A stretch of DNA of 63,089 bases from Nemertoderma westbladi (taxonomy: Eukaryota; Animalia; Xenacoelomorpha), in contig JAUCBJ010002818.1 of NCBI GenBank assembly GCA_032718475.1, positions 1 to 63,089 of the forward strand, read 5' to 3'. The notes under the pieces were generated by a model, which saw only the letters and a list, made by a program, of their open reading frames with translations, ran no database searches and was not told where the DNA came from. Every line of letters starts with the position of its first letter. The first letter of the stretch is position 1. Position numbers and translations under genes: made by a program. Below, piece after piece: positions 35,601 through 49,300 of this stretch.

Positions 35601-38459
35601 TTTACTAAAAAAATAGATGATTACAGCAGTCTCGCATTTACTGAAGAAATTTCATATTTTTAAATAAATATAACAGTACTTACTCAGTTTTAAGACTTGC
35701 ATTTTAATTTTCACATTTTTCACTCAAAATAGATAGATAGACAATTAATTGTTGTCAAAGAATAGTTAAGGAATGTCTCGCAAAGTTTATTCATGTAATT
35801 TTTCAGTGAATCTAATTTCGCAATAAAAAAATGTCAAATTAATAGTGCTAAAACACAGCATCACTCTGTAGAACCAATATATTATAAAAAATTTAATATA
35901 CTATATTAACACTGACACATTGACTTACCTACACATAGTTGCAACACTACAGTGTATACATGAGACATTGTTTCATAATGTTACATACCGAATAACACTA
36001 TTACTACTATATCTAGCACATACTCACAACAATCAATACCCTACATCTAAACATTAATTATCATTCCATCTTACATTCAAACGTAATTAACCTGTCAATA
36101 TTGTACTGATAATGTATGTAGAACAAGTAGATTATTATTATTAGTTAGATGTATTTCGTATTAATTAATATGCATTTTATGCTATCGAAATCATTAGAAT
36201 AATTGGATCTCGTTGGTAACATATGCTATAGTATAGAATTCAATGAACAATAATTTATAATTGATACTACCACAAGCTACAAGCTATTTGTAAACATCTG
36301 CGACCAGTTATGATGAATAAATCGATATTGAATAATTATTACTTGGCATTCAATAGCTATAACTCGAATATTTGACGCCTTTTTCTCTCGTGGTTGGATG
36401 GGAGAGTGAGTGGTGAGTTGTGAGGAGTTATAACGGTCCCGAGTTTGAACCCTGTTGAATATTTTGTTATCTGAAAAATTGCAAAATTAAATTTAGTTAC
36501 TGGTGAAAAATAGCGATTTGAAAAATAGTAGAAGTTACCTGTAGACACCTCTAGCATCTGTAAAATAAAGGTTGGTGAAAAATTGCGATTTGAAAAATAG
36601 TAGAAGTTACCTGATGCTAAGTGTAGACACCCGAACACCTGTAAAATAAAGGTTGGGGATTGGATACAGTACTAGCGTTGGGTGACTAATAACGCCTCTA
36701 GCGGAATAAGCGGGAACTTGAGAAGTTACCATGGTTACGAATGAAATGCTATCATCTGATTGGTTGAAATAATAACGACCATTGCTAAAGGTTGAAATGG
36801 TGGCTTCTGATTGGATGCAGTACTAGAAATGGATGGTAATGATGGGCTACTGGTGACCTTGATACGAGAGGCTAGCTTCTTATACTACTATTATACTAGT
36901 AATAGTAAGCACCATATATACTTGTTTTTTTTAGATTATTGTAGAATATATTATGTAGCCTATTCAGTTAGTTAGTTAACAAACAAGTTAATACACTAAT
37001 AATTTAGAATTTATTATGGAAACTGAAGCAGAGTGGCTGAACCTATTAAATAATAGGGTTTTCTAGGTCGCTGATCACGATAAAACCACAACTATCATTG
37101 TTTGTGCTATTTTGGTCCTCCAGTATGAAAAGTACAAGTAAAAAAAAGTAAAAATAAAAAATTTTTTGTTTGGTTTGATAATTCTGAACGTACGTGTTTT
37201 CGAGGTTGCTGATTACGATGAAACTAGTTATAAATATTTCTGGTAATGCAAACCCAATTTTGGTGCTATTCTAGTGCCCTAGAACGAAAATTACAAGTAG
37301 CACAAACTTATAAACTGTCAAATTATGTCTTTGGATTGGTAATTCTGAAGCTATACTGGTTTTCAAGGTAGCTGATCACGATACAACACGATACAAATCA
37401 TTCGTGGTAACGCTACTGTCAATTTGGTGCTTGTCTGGTGGGAAGAAAATTACAAGTAGGAAACATTTCAAATTGCAAAAAGCGAATTTGGCTGGATAAT
37501 ACGATATTTTTGAGTGTCATATTTGTGATCAGTGTCCCAGAAAACCCATAATGTCTAAAATGCAGGTTGATTTGGTAATGATTTTTGGTTATCAAACTTT
37601 TGCTACTTGTATTTTTCGATCCGCACATTGACACATATCGAAAAAATTGTTTTAATTCTTGATCATCAATCCAAAAAAACCATATGTTCATAAAATCAAT
37701 TTAATTTTGTGGTGATTTTTTATTATCATATTATTTTGCACTACGATTTTTTTTCGTGCCCCAATGGGCACATTCACAATTACCAAAAATTTTCTAGAAT
37801 GTTATATTTGAGTTCAATATTTGTGATCCGTGTCCAAAAAAACCGCTATATATAGCGCTGTATCGTGAAACGATAAATTGATTAACAATCATAATACATT
37901 GGCTTGTAATACTGCACTCTATGCCTGAGAGGGGCATGGGGTAACTGACTGCAATTAAATAAGTTAAACATCTGGCATTCAGGTCATTTATTAATTGTTT
38001 AATTATGGTGCTCACTGTAGATGGACAATGTTTATGAGATGTGTACCTCATATAGGATATACTTGAATCATTCGTTTTATTGAATATATTTGTACAACAT
38101 TGATAAGATTTATACATATATTTATATTATTGTTTATAATGTATACTTGACTGGGTTAGGATATGCCTGAATGTCGGTATCAATTTGGATAGTTATGCCC
38201 GTTATTGTGTAAGTTAAGATTATCACATTATACCTTTATTATTTAGTATATCGTTGTAGATTATTATATGTTAATTACCGTGAATAAACTTACCCTGTAT
38301 AATTTCCGGTCAAGCGAATTATGATTGTTATATGAATTATTTTAGGTTGAAACATAAAGGAATATATGTAGTTGCAACCCTTAACGTGCACCTACTTTTC
38401 ATATCTCACGATACATTTCAACACAATGGGATACGAATTATCAGACGCATTGGACTAAG

Positions 38460-39569
38460 ATGGAAAACCGGAAAGAATTTCGTCATAAACGAGGAATTGC
38501 CAAGGGAAAACTTCATAGAGTCTATGGAAAATTTATGGATTGCACCAGACAGGACGACGACGAAATGATACCAGTACTTCAGCGAATTCTTATGGATCTA
38601 GAAACTGCTTATACAGTGCTCGAGGCAAGCCATGTTAGATATATTTGTCTATTTGACTCTGATGATGGCGCCGATAATGCAAAGGTAGGTGAGGTTAATA
38701 ATGATTTGGATAATATTTATGGGGAACTTTGTAATGCGAGAGCCATGTGTACTAAATTATCGAATAAATTTTCTCTTGATAATGACAAAACCGCAAGAGG
38801 GAAGAGTGGAAACTGTAAAGTTAAAAAATTAGATGCGCCAACATTTAGTGGTAAAATTCGAGATTATCCAATGTTCAAATCAGATTATAACTCACATATG
38901 ACAGATGTGCATGGTAAGGATCCCTTTGCATTGCGTACATGTTTAACAGGCGAAGCATTAAGTACTGTGGAAGGTGTTGGGAATAATTTTGATGAAATGT
39001 TTTATCGCTTAGATAAAAAGTATGGAATACCAGAAAAACTAATTGATTCTATTGTGTCTGAGCTGAATAAGTTACAACTGGTTCCTGAGAATTGCAATGG
39101 TAAATTTGTAGATATGGTAAATATGGTGGAAAAATGTTGGTTGGATTTGAAAAAGATGAATTTAGAATCGGAAATGAATACAGCATCAATGACTGGCAAA
39201 ATAGAGAAATTATTACCCACTATTCAGAAAAGAGAATGGGCACTACTGAAACATAAGTGTTCAGGACAGTCGCGATTTGAACATTTTCTAGAATTTTTAT
39301 TAGAGGAAAAATATGCCATGGAATATCTGGATGATGATGTGAGAAAACCGGATAATCTTGTAAATAAAGGGCAAGGGCGCATAAACCATTTAACTGGTGA
39401 GACTTATCCAGCCTCAACTAGCAATAGTCAGGACGAAAATCCACATGAGAATTTCACAACTTTTACTGAACAGCTACAGAATAATCAAGCAGTAATGAAC
39501 AAGATTGTTGAAGGATTGGCCCAGATAGCCCAAATCCGGTTCACAAGGACAAGTTCAAGATATGAGTAG
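38460..39569 (+). mobile_element. BEL/Pao LTR retrotransposon gag (DUF1759-like), 3'-truncated
   Basis: KLDAPTFSGKIRDYPMFKSDY...LRTCLTGEAL...RLDKKYG...IEKLLP...EW motifs. No pol follows. Confidence 0.8.
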
Positions 39570-40036
39570 ATCACATTTCCCAGAAAGGAATAAATCACAA
39601 GGTTTTCCAGAAAGAAATAGAACTAAAAATTTAACATTCACTAATTACTAAAAAAATTAATTTTAGTGAATTATAAAAACATTTGAAAATTTTAGCACGA
39701 AAAATACCTGAGATGGATGCCAGAAAGAGAACACATCAAAACATTAACATTGGTTGCGAGAAAAGGGACCGGCGTTTTTAATTTTTTGTGTAAACATTCA
39801 TAACTTTTTAACGAAAAACGATATGAAAAAATAGTTCGATATTCGGAAAGCCCAGAAAATTCTGCATCTAATAGGCCTAAAAACGCAAAATCGACAATAT
39901 TGTGGTCCCCAGGTCCCTTTTCTCGCAACCAGCCGCACTGAAGATAGATAGATAGATTTATTTATACATTATGTAAAAACAATAACAAATACACCAAACA
40001 ATGTACCGGTATAAAGTTATTGTCCAACATAACATA

Positions 40037-40453
40037 TGTGGAAGCGCTATCGGCGCCCGGTCCCGGATCCACGGCCACGCACTATCCCGCTCGAGGGGTG
40101 AGCTGGAGAAGACTGAAGTAAAACTAGGAAACTAGCTGCAGTATGTCAGTATTTTGTGTATTGAGATACATGAATAACAAATAATGATGTGATACAATCA
40201 GACAATGAAACTAATAACGAACTACCTACAAAACATGACTGACAACCCTACACCGGTAAGTCATCTCAATAACTAAACTGAATGATAACTCCTGACTGCG
40301 CCCTGCCCCCAGGACTATATCCCTGACAGCTACCGTACAGCCAGCTGTTCACACCCTAGGTGCTAACAAGATACTACTATATCATACCTACCTAACCTAT
40401 ACAATACATACTAAAAAGTCCAATAATGCACCATCCCATAATACAATATCACA
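40037..40453 (-). mobile_element. probable LTR preceded by a polypurine tract
   Basis: Minus strand AGGAAGGGGGGA directly followed by TGTGAT at 40453. Candidate end ...CCACA at 40037. Confidence 0.5.
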
Positions 40454-40800
40454 TCCCCCCTTCCTAAAAAAAAAACTCGCCCACGAGTTTCTAGAACGCA
40501 CAAACTACAAACCCCAGGTATAATGACTACATCGACAAGTAAAGTCTACCTCAACGGTAGTATAGATACTGTATATGAAGCACGATACCAACAATACATT
40601 CAACTAGCCTAAGGCCAATAATATCTAAATCGAAATTTCGTACTGCATGTATCGTAAGCCAGTATGACTAAAGAATAACACGTACAACTCAATGAGTAAC
40701 CAAATAACACTATATCAAGCATACTTGCAATCTATAAATCGCACCGTAAGTAACCGACCATAGTACAATCCATAAAATGTGTCACTGCCACAATAAATAA

Positions 40801-43800
40801 ATAATTATATGATGTTGACAACTACGACTTTAGAGGGATTGTAATATTCATATTAAAACAATAAAATAGGACATGGGGTCTATTCCCTCAGATACTACCT
40901 AGCATTTAGGGCCACTTGGGCCACTGTTAGTACTCAGGCACTAGGCCCATCAAAAAACACACAACAAAATACCAAATCGATTTTAGTGCTACATAAACCC
41001 AACCCAACTACCACAAGAAAAATTGCACCAAACCATACAGTAACTACAGGTTCCGGTAAGTATTGCACGAAATAGGCTATCCCATAAATTACGAAAAATA
41101 TAGGACATTTTGTCCGCCGAAAAAGGTAAGTCTAAGTAATAAATTTTATAAAAATAAAAGGGTTTCGGAGATTTAAACACTGAACCCTGGGATTCGTGGT
41201 TCTCCTCATCAGCAGTGTGCCACGAACCCCACCTCTACCCTAACAAAACTGCACCACTAAATTAAGATAATGACCAATAAATTAGAAATCCTACCGTACC
41301 ACCCAACAGAGTTGAAACCACCCACCCCCAATGTATGTTACCATCAGCCCCAAATGCATAAACATGATTTCCCAACTGAATGCAACCAACCCCAATTAGC
41401 ACCTACCGGTATGTACAGATATATGATCAGATTTTTAAACAAAATTGCGCAGATGTCAGGAAATACCCCTTTAAATATATAATTATATGATGTTGACAAC
41501 TACGACTTTAGAGGGATTGTAATATTCATATTAAAACAATAAAATAGGACATGGGGTCTATTCCCTCAGATACTACCTAGCATTTAGGGCCACTTGGGCC
41601 ACTGTTAGTACTCAGGCACTAGGCCCATCAAAAAAACACACAACAAAATACCAAATCGATTTTAGTGCTACATAAACCCAACCCAACTACCACAAGAAAA
41701 ATTGCACCAAACCATACAGTAACTACAGGTTCCGGTAAGTATTGCACGAAATAGGCTATCCCATAAATTACGAAAAATATAGGACATTTTGTCCGCCGAA
41801 AAAGGTAAGTCTAAGTAATAAATTTTATAAAAATAAAAGGGTTTCGGAGATTTAAACACTGAACCCTGGGATTCGTGGTTCTCCTCATCAGCAGTGTGCC
41901 ACGAACCCCACCTCTACCCTAACAAAACTGCACCACTAAATTAAGATAATGACCAATAAATTAGAAATCCTACCGTACCACCCAACAGAGTTGAAACCAC
42001 CCACCCCCAATGTATGTTACCATCAGCCCCAAATGCATAAACATGATTTCCCAACTGAATGCAACCAACCCCAATTAGCACCTACCGGTATGTACAGATA
42101 TATGATCAGATTTTTAAACAAAATTGCGCAGATGTCAGGAAATACCCCTTTAAATATATAATTATATGATGTTGACAACTACGACTTTAGAGGGATTGTA
42201 ATATTCATATTAAAACAATAAAATAGGACATGGGGTCTATTCCCTCAGATACTACCTAGCATTTAGGGCCACTTGGGCCACTGTTAGTACTCAGGCACTA
42301 GGCCCATCAAAAAACACACAACAAAATACCAAATCGATTTTAGTGCTACATAAACCCAACCCAACTACCACAAGAAAAATTGCACCAAACCATACAGTAA
42401 CTACAGGTTCCGGTAAGTATTGCACGAAATAGGCTATCCCATAAATTACGAAAAATATAGGACATTTTGTCCGCCGAAAAAGGTAAGTCTAAGTAATAAA
42501 TTTTATAAAAATAAAAGGGTTTCGGAGATTTAAACACTGAACCCTGGGATTCGTGGTTCTCCTCATCAGCAGTGTGCCACGAACCCCACCTCTACCCTAA
42601 CAAAACTGCACCACTAAATTAAGATACTGACCAATAAATTAGAAATCCTACCGTACCACCCAACAGAGTTGAAACCACCCACCCCCAATGTATGTTACCA
42701 TCAGCCCCAAATGCATAAACATGATTTCCCAACTGAATGCAACCAACCCCAATTAGCACCTACCGGTATGTACAGATATATGATCAGATTTTTAAACAAA
42801 ATTGCGCAGATGTCAGGAAATACCCCTTTAAATATATAATTATATGATGTTGACAACTACGACTTTAGAGGGATTGTAATATTCATATTAAAACAATAAA
42901 ATAGGACATGGGGTCTATTCCCTCAGATACTACCTAGCATTTAGGGCCACTTGGGCCACTGTTAGTACTCAGGCACTAGGCCCATCAAAAAACACACAAC
43001 AAAATACCAAATCGATTTTAGTGCTACATAAACCCAACCCAACTACCACAAGAAAAATTGCACCAAACCATACAGTAACTACAGGTTCCGGTAAGTATTG
43101 CACGAAATAGGCTATCCCATAAATTACGAAAAATATAGGACATTTTGTCCGCCGAAAAAGGTAAGTCTAAGTAATAAATTTTATAAAAATAAAAGGGTTT
43201 CGGAGATTTAAACACTGAAACCCTGGGATTCGTGGTTCTCCTCATCAGCAGTGTGCCACGAACCCCACCTCTACCCTAACAAAACTGCACCACTAAATTA
43301 AGATACTGACCAATAAATTAGAAATCCTACCGTACCACCCAACAGAGTTGAAACCACCCACCCCCAATGTATGTTACCATCAGCCCCAAATGCATAAACA
43401 TGATTTCCCAACTGAATGCAACCAACCCCAATTAGCACCTACCGGTATGTACAGATATATGATCAGATTTTTAAACAAAATTGCGCAGATGTCAGGAAAT
43501 ACCCCTTTAAATATATAATTATATGATGTTGACAACTACGACTTTAGAGGGATTGTAATATTCATATTAAAACAATAAAATAGGACATGGGGTCTATTCC
43601 CTCAGATACTACCTAGCATTTAGGGCCACTTGGGCCACTGTTAGTACTCAGGCACTAGGCCCATCAAAAAACACACAACAAAATACCAAATCGATTTTAG
43701 TGCTACATAAACCCAACCCAACTACCACAAGAAAAATTGCACCAAACCATACAGTAACTACAGGTTCCGGTAAGTATTGCACGAAATAGGCTATCCCATA

Positions 43801-44023
43801 AATTACGAAAAATATAGGACATTTTGTCCGCCGAAAAAGGTAAGTCTAAGTAATACATTTTATAAAAATAAAAGGGTTTCGGAGATTTAAACACTGAACC
43901 CTGGGATTCGTGGTTCTCCTCATCAGCAGTGTGCCACGAACCCCACCTCTACCCTAACAAAACTGCACCACTAAATTAAGATAATGACCAATAAATCCTA
44001 CCGTACCACCCAACAGAGTTGAA
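40801..44023. repeat. tandem repeat, 678-679-bp unit, ~4.7 near-identical copies
   Basis: Unit starts at 40801, 41479, 42158, 42836 and 43515. An inverted partial copy lies at ~44048-44247. Confidence 0.95.
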
Positions 44024-44249
44024 AAAAAAAAGAGTTGACCTGTAACCTGGAACCTGTAGTTACTGTATGGTTTGGTGCAATTTTTCTTGTGGTAGTTGGG
44101 TTGGGTTTATGTAGCACTAAAATCGATTTGGTATTTTGTTGTGTGTTTTTTTGATGGGCCTAGTGCCTGAGTACTAACAGTGGCCCAAGTGGCCCTAAAT
44201 GCTAGGTAGTATCTGAGGGAATAGACCCCATGTCCTATTTTATTGTTAC

Positions 44250-44380
44250 AATAAATAAAGGCTATATAAGTAAATCTTGGGATAGGAGTAGCGCCCACCC
44301 CTACCCTCAGGTAGCAGCTATCGAAAGAGGAGCCTTCGGGTCGCCTCCGGCTTCGGCCGACTGTTTGCTTTTGCTTTGGT
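44250..44380 (+). mobile_element. possible structured 3' end of a LINE/SINE
   Basis: GC-rich hairpin-forming segment ggagtagcgccc...gagccttcgggtcgcc followed by a short (tttgc) repeat tail. Confidence 0.3.
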
Positions 44381-44808
44381 ATAAGTAAATAATTAATACG
44401 TGTATCTATCACATGAAATTGTATCCATACAGTATCTATCATAAACATGTATCCATCCATACAGTATCTATCTATCCGTATCTTATGTAGTAATAATACG
44501 TAATGGCGTAAAAAAAATATAAAAAAATATATATGTTGGAGTTATGTACATAAGGTAAATAATAATACATACAGAATAGAGAATACTCTACAAAATGTAC
44601 ATAACTGAGGCACAAAATATCTCGTGGGCGAATAACGGGTGAGAGCCGAGCAATGGAACGGAATTAAAAAAAATCACAATATCGAAATAATTTTTTTTTT
44701 CCAAACAAAAGTTATTAATTGTTAATAAATGCAATTTATCTATGCAGCCATGGTAACCAGCAAACAGTCAAGTCACATCGACTACGTCTCTTTAATTTGC
44801 GTCAACGG

Positions 44809-47290
44809 TCAACAGTCGCTATCGTCACCGTCGTAGACGTCCCCACTGTCGTTCCCCCTACCTGTATCATCTCCCGTGGAGTTACTTTTTTCCCTATAGT
44901 ATGGTTTTAAGTCCTTCGCATTTACAGTAATAAGTCGAGAACGTGGATTTGGTTTTCCCGATCTTCCCAACAGTTTAATGGCATAACTTGATTTACCAAC
45001 CTGATCAACAATAGCATAAGGACCCCTAAACCTTAAGCGCAGCTTCGTATTCTTACCTTTGGTCGTCCTATCATAGTATAATACAGACTGCCCCTTAGTG
45101 TAGGTTCGAATGTTACTGCGTTGGCGCTTCCCCAGCTTACCGTCGTGGTATTGTTTCTGTTTCACCTGTGTAAGCCTAAGAGCTTCCCTGGCTATCCCAT
45201 GGGCCCGCTCCAAACGAAACCTTAATTCGTCTGCGAATGTTGCTTCATCTGCTAGCAAGCTGTACGGCCGGCTATCTGCGTGTCTACTTGAGTTGTCGCC
45301 TGTCGCCCATACATTAAAGAGAAAGGAGTTTCCTTAAGTGTACTCTGAATCGAAGTATTATAATTAAACGCAACAGCGGGAATAAACTCGTCCCAATTAT
45401 GCGGGTTTGTAACTGTCAACGATAAATTTACAGCTAACTGGTTAATGCGTTCTGTAAGACCATTGCAAGCTGGGTGGTATACCGACGTAAATACGGAAAC
45501 AATACCAAACATTGCAGTTAATTCCTTGAATAAATTAGACGTGAAATGACTACCCCTATCGCTTAATAAACTCTCGGGGGCGCCGTATATAAGAAAAATA
45601 CCATCCACTAAAGCCCTGGCAACGGTAGCGGTTTCTTCATTTGGTAACGGGAGGAGGGAAGCGTAACGAGTAAGATGATCAACTACTGTAAGGATAACCT
45701 TGTTACCTTTAGATGACGTCTGGAAGCCTTTAAGGGGGGGGTACACCATTTTCGGACAACTCTTCGATTTATCACTCTCAGCGTTTCAAAATTGTTTGGT
45801 TTTGGCTAAAATTTGGCATATAAGTGCCTAAGATGCTATTCTACATGATAGGTCAGAAAAAAAAGTTTTTCCGCTATTTAATATTAGTTAATACTAGTTA
45901 ACAATAAAAAAAACTTGGTTGCGCTTAAAACCCTAAGGCCTTTACAGTTTTGAACCTAATCACATGAAAGTTTTTTTATATGATAGATCAAAGATGGGGC
46001 AACATAACTATCAGGCGAAATTTTGTGAAAATAATTCTGCACCGCTAGGTGGCGCTGCAAATTTGTGCTAATTTTTAGGTTTTTTATAAATAGTATTAAA
46101 TTTTATTAACAAAAAATTTCGAAAAGTTGCCTGATACTTTTATGCAGGGTGGCAATCTAGACACCCACAGGAAGTTTCAGACTAATTGCTCAAAAATTGT
46201 AGAAGTAGTAGGGTTTTGAAGTTGACAATTTCATGAAAAAAATATTTGGAGATAATTGACCTTTCATTATACATAGTAATAGTAATTTCAATAGGAATCC
46301 CTAAATGGAAATTTACATAACTTGAAAACTAAAATAGCTATTAATTAGCGGTTTTCAGATTTGGAAACACCATTCAATGGTGCATTATAATAGACCATAA
46401 AAAAAATTTCGACATATTTTGGACCAAAATGGTGTACCCCCCCTTAACGATATCAATTGAAAGGCGTTGCAAGACACGTTCAACGACTGGGAGAGGTGAC
46501 AGTGGTTGGGTCTGAGGGACGCCCTTCCTACGCTGGCATGGGTCACATTCACGAATGTGCTGCTTAACATTATCCTTTATACTTACCCAAGAATACTTCA
46601 TATGGATAGCACCTACCGTTTTATCAATACCCATGTGAGACTTTTCATCGTGACACATGGATATAATTTGTTGCCTTAGTAACTTAGGAACTACAATCTG
46701 TACCTTCGATTTACCGTTACTTGTTGATAAATGGCAGAGTATATTGTCAACCATAACATATTGTGCTCTAAACTTGAGCATGTAACGATACTCGTGTAGC
46801 GATTTGGGCACATCGGCATCGGCTATTGTAACAGCTGTGTCCAGTAATGTATCAATCATAGGCTGTAAGTTATTGTCTTCTGATTGTAACTTACGCAAGG
46901 CAGTCAATGTGCAGTACTGTTGGCCGCCCGGAAGTGTCCAATTATTATTATTGTCATTATTGATAATGTATGTGACGTCACTATCGTGGTTGGGTCTGTC
47001 TGGGGAACTTACCATGTCACATGGATTAGGTTTTGGCGGCTGCACGCCATTGTCTAGGTCCACCTCAACAGCGTTTGGTCTATCGCTATCATTATGTAGG
47101 TCTAAATTGGATAGTCCTATCAAGCAATAATTATCTGACGAGACTGGGTCATTATGCATAGTGGGAAGTAACGTATCCATGGCAACCGGTTCATTAGAAA
47201 CGGTTTCATCTCGTTGGTTGCCAGGGGTTACATGTAATGGTATTCTAGAAAGACAATCAGCGCGGTTAAGTCGGCCTGGCCTGTAAACAA
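44809..47290 (-). pseudogene. Gypsy pol C-terminus (RNase H end, HHCC zinc finger, integrase core, GPY motif), interrupted
   Basis: YRPGRLNRADCLSR, CHDEKSHMG...CDPCQRRK, IDIVK|GFQ, VVDHLTRY, SDRGSHF, YHPACNGLTERIN and RFRGPY motifs. Frameshift at ~45255 and a MITE insertion. Confidence 0.9.
45734..46443. mobile_element. 710-bp MITE with TTAA TSD (Kolobok-like)
   Basis: TTAA at 45730-45733 and 46444-46447. TIR GGGGGGGTACACCATTTT. Removing it restores the integrase frame (IVK-GFQ). Purine-starting TIRs with TTAA favour Kolobok over piggyBac. Confidence 0.85.
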
Positions 47291-47754
47291 AATTAAATTA
47301 AATTCAGACAGTTTAACGGCCCATCGCTGCTTCCCGGATTTGGCCCCGGTGGCTTTAATTGAATTAAAATGTTAAAACCAAATATATAATACGTCACATG
47401 TACTATAAATATTACAAAACATGACCGGTATAATAGTAGACGGTAATAAACTGCAAAACACATAAAACAGCAGAATATTATACTATACATACTTTGCTCT
47501 ATCGATAGAATAAAATATTTAGGGTTGCACAATATAATATATATTTTGTCCCAAGATCGGGGTCGGAATACTAAACAATCTATTATTGTTATTCCTAAGT
47601 ACCACACCAGTGTATGTGTTGCTTCTAAACTATTTGCCACCTGGGTTGAAAATATTCAACTAACACCGTCATGTTTTACGTTGAAATTATACTTGGGTTT
47701 ATTTAAAACTACCTGTATATATAGTGCGTCAAAGTGAATGCTGAAACGTGTGTT

Positions 47755-49300
47755 AATAATAATAATAATAATAATTTCTTTTTATTCGCAAAAACTCCGC
47801 AACAAGTTAAAAAACCGCACAGAGGCAGCCTAACAGAATAAGATCCCATTATAGCTGATTATTACGCGAATAAAGCGTCACAACCTACGATTTAATTTGT
47901 ACTATAAAATTAACATACAGTAGTTTTAGTACTCAACTAATCTATAATAATGTACTGTACAATATGTACACAGTACCTTAAGCACAAACTTCGATCAAAC
48001 TCGTTAGCCAGCTGTCTCCGGCATATATTTGTTTAAATTTATAGTCATATTAGTGTGTTTAATTTATGTTATGTCGTCACGTGAGTACATTTTGTAAAAT
48101 TCCTTCTTTAGTTTATTTGTAAATTTGCTATATGACTTTGTTTCGCGAATATTTAAATTTAGAGAATTCCACAGTCTCGTACAACTAACCATCACGCTGT
48201 TGTATCCAAATTTTGTTTTTGTTTTTGGTACTTTGATACGGAATGTTCTTTTATTTATGTTTTTATTTTGCTTTTTAGAATTTTTAAGGAAAGCAATACT
48301 TAGATTTTTAAATGGTGTTGATAAATCGAAAAAATATTTAAAGAAGTATTTTAGTACGTAGAAATTTCTAAGTGCTTGTAAGTGGGGTAATTTTGCCTTA
48401 GTGCGTAATTCTGTCCCAGTGGCATCTCTGATTTTTTTGCAGTAGACAGTGCGTAGCCCGTAGTTTTGAATTTTATCTAGCCCGTAAAGTAATTCTTTGT
48501 ACCCGTGTGTCATATGTAGTGGTGTAATAATTTCACAGCAGTAATTATGTAGTGGTAGGACAGTAGCCTTATACACTGTTAGTTTCGTGTTAGTAGGTAA
48601 TTGACCTTTAATAAGTCTTAAACATGATACTGCATGGGTCATTTTCTCAGCAATCAATTTTATTTGTGGCTTCCAAGTAATTTTATTATCAATTATTATT
48701 CCTAGGTATTTAAATTGCGAGCTCTGTTTAACGGTTGCTTTTCCTATGTGCAGGTTAATTTTTTCTATCTCATTTGTTCTAGAATGTGGAGTTATTAAAA
48801 TAAATTCAGTTTTTTCGGGATTTAGTTGCATTTTTAAACTTGAAAAGGTACTATCTATTTTTAATATACGATTTGATAAAGTTTGGGTAGCAGCGATCGG
48901 ATCCGGTCCTGATGCAAAGATGAGAGTGTCGTCAGCGTATTGAATGATGTTAAGGTCTTCAGATTCAGCAATTTCGTTGACGTATATGAGGAACATAAGA
49001 GGTCCCAAAAGTGTTCCTTGCGGAATTCCCCGTTCAGTCTGTTCCCAACTGGAGAAGTTACCGTTGAGCTTAACCCTTTGTTTTCGTTGGCAAAGGTAGT
49101 CTTTCATTAGGGAGACAGCAGTCGAATGGAGACCAATTTCTTTTAATTTTAGAAGAAGAATATGATGATTCAACGAATCGAAAGCCTTACTTAGATCTAG
49201 TGAAGCTACAGCCACGTGATTTCCTTCGTCAAGTTTTGATCGCCAATTCTCAGTTGCGTATATAATCGCATCCTTAGTAGAAAAAGATTTCCGAAAACCG
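47755..49300 (-). mobile_element. CR1/L2-group LINE, 5'-truncated, RT ORF 48064-49300
   Basis: GFRKSFST, LDLSKAFDSLNH, GIPQGTLLGPLMF, QYADDT and KYLGIIID motifs. (ATT)n tail at 47755-47775. Confidence 0.88.

Larger units (their letters stand above)
12844..36889. mobile_element. non-autonomous Polinton/Maverick-like palindromic element (~6-kb inverted arms)
   Basis: Termini AGTAGT...ACTACT with a 6-bp TSD ATTATA (12838-12843, 36890-36895). Arm 12844-~30222, once Helitrons are removed, is the reverse complement of 30914-36889. No pPolB, integrase or capsid ORF seen. Confidence 0.75.
12667..39934. mobile_element. possible outer TIR DNA transposon enclosing the nested elements
   Basis: 29-bp inverted repeat ggctggttgcgagaaaagggacctgggga at 12667-12695 and 39906-39934, with a partial third copy at ~39751-39770. 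No clean TSD. Confidence 0.4.

Noticed and set aside
37050-37860. Degenerate ~150-bp repeats in head-to-head arrangement
   Set aside because: Too diverged to delimit or classify by eye.
12667-39934. TSD for the outer TIR pair
   Set aside because: Flanks gcaagt and gcactg do not match, so the two TIRs may belong to separate copies.
40989-43894. Repeated 63-73-aa ORFs in the 679-bp array
   Set aside because: They repeat only because the DNA repeats. No motifs, and start codons are lost in some units.
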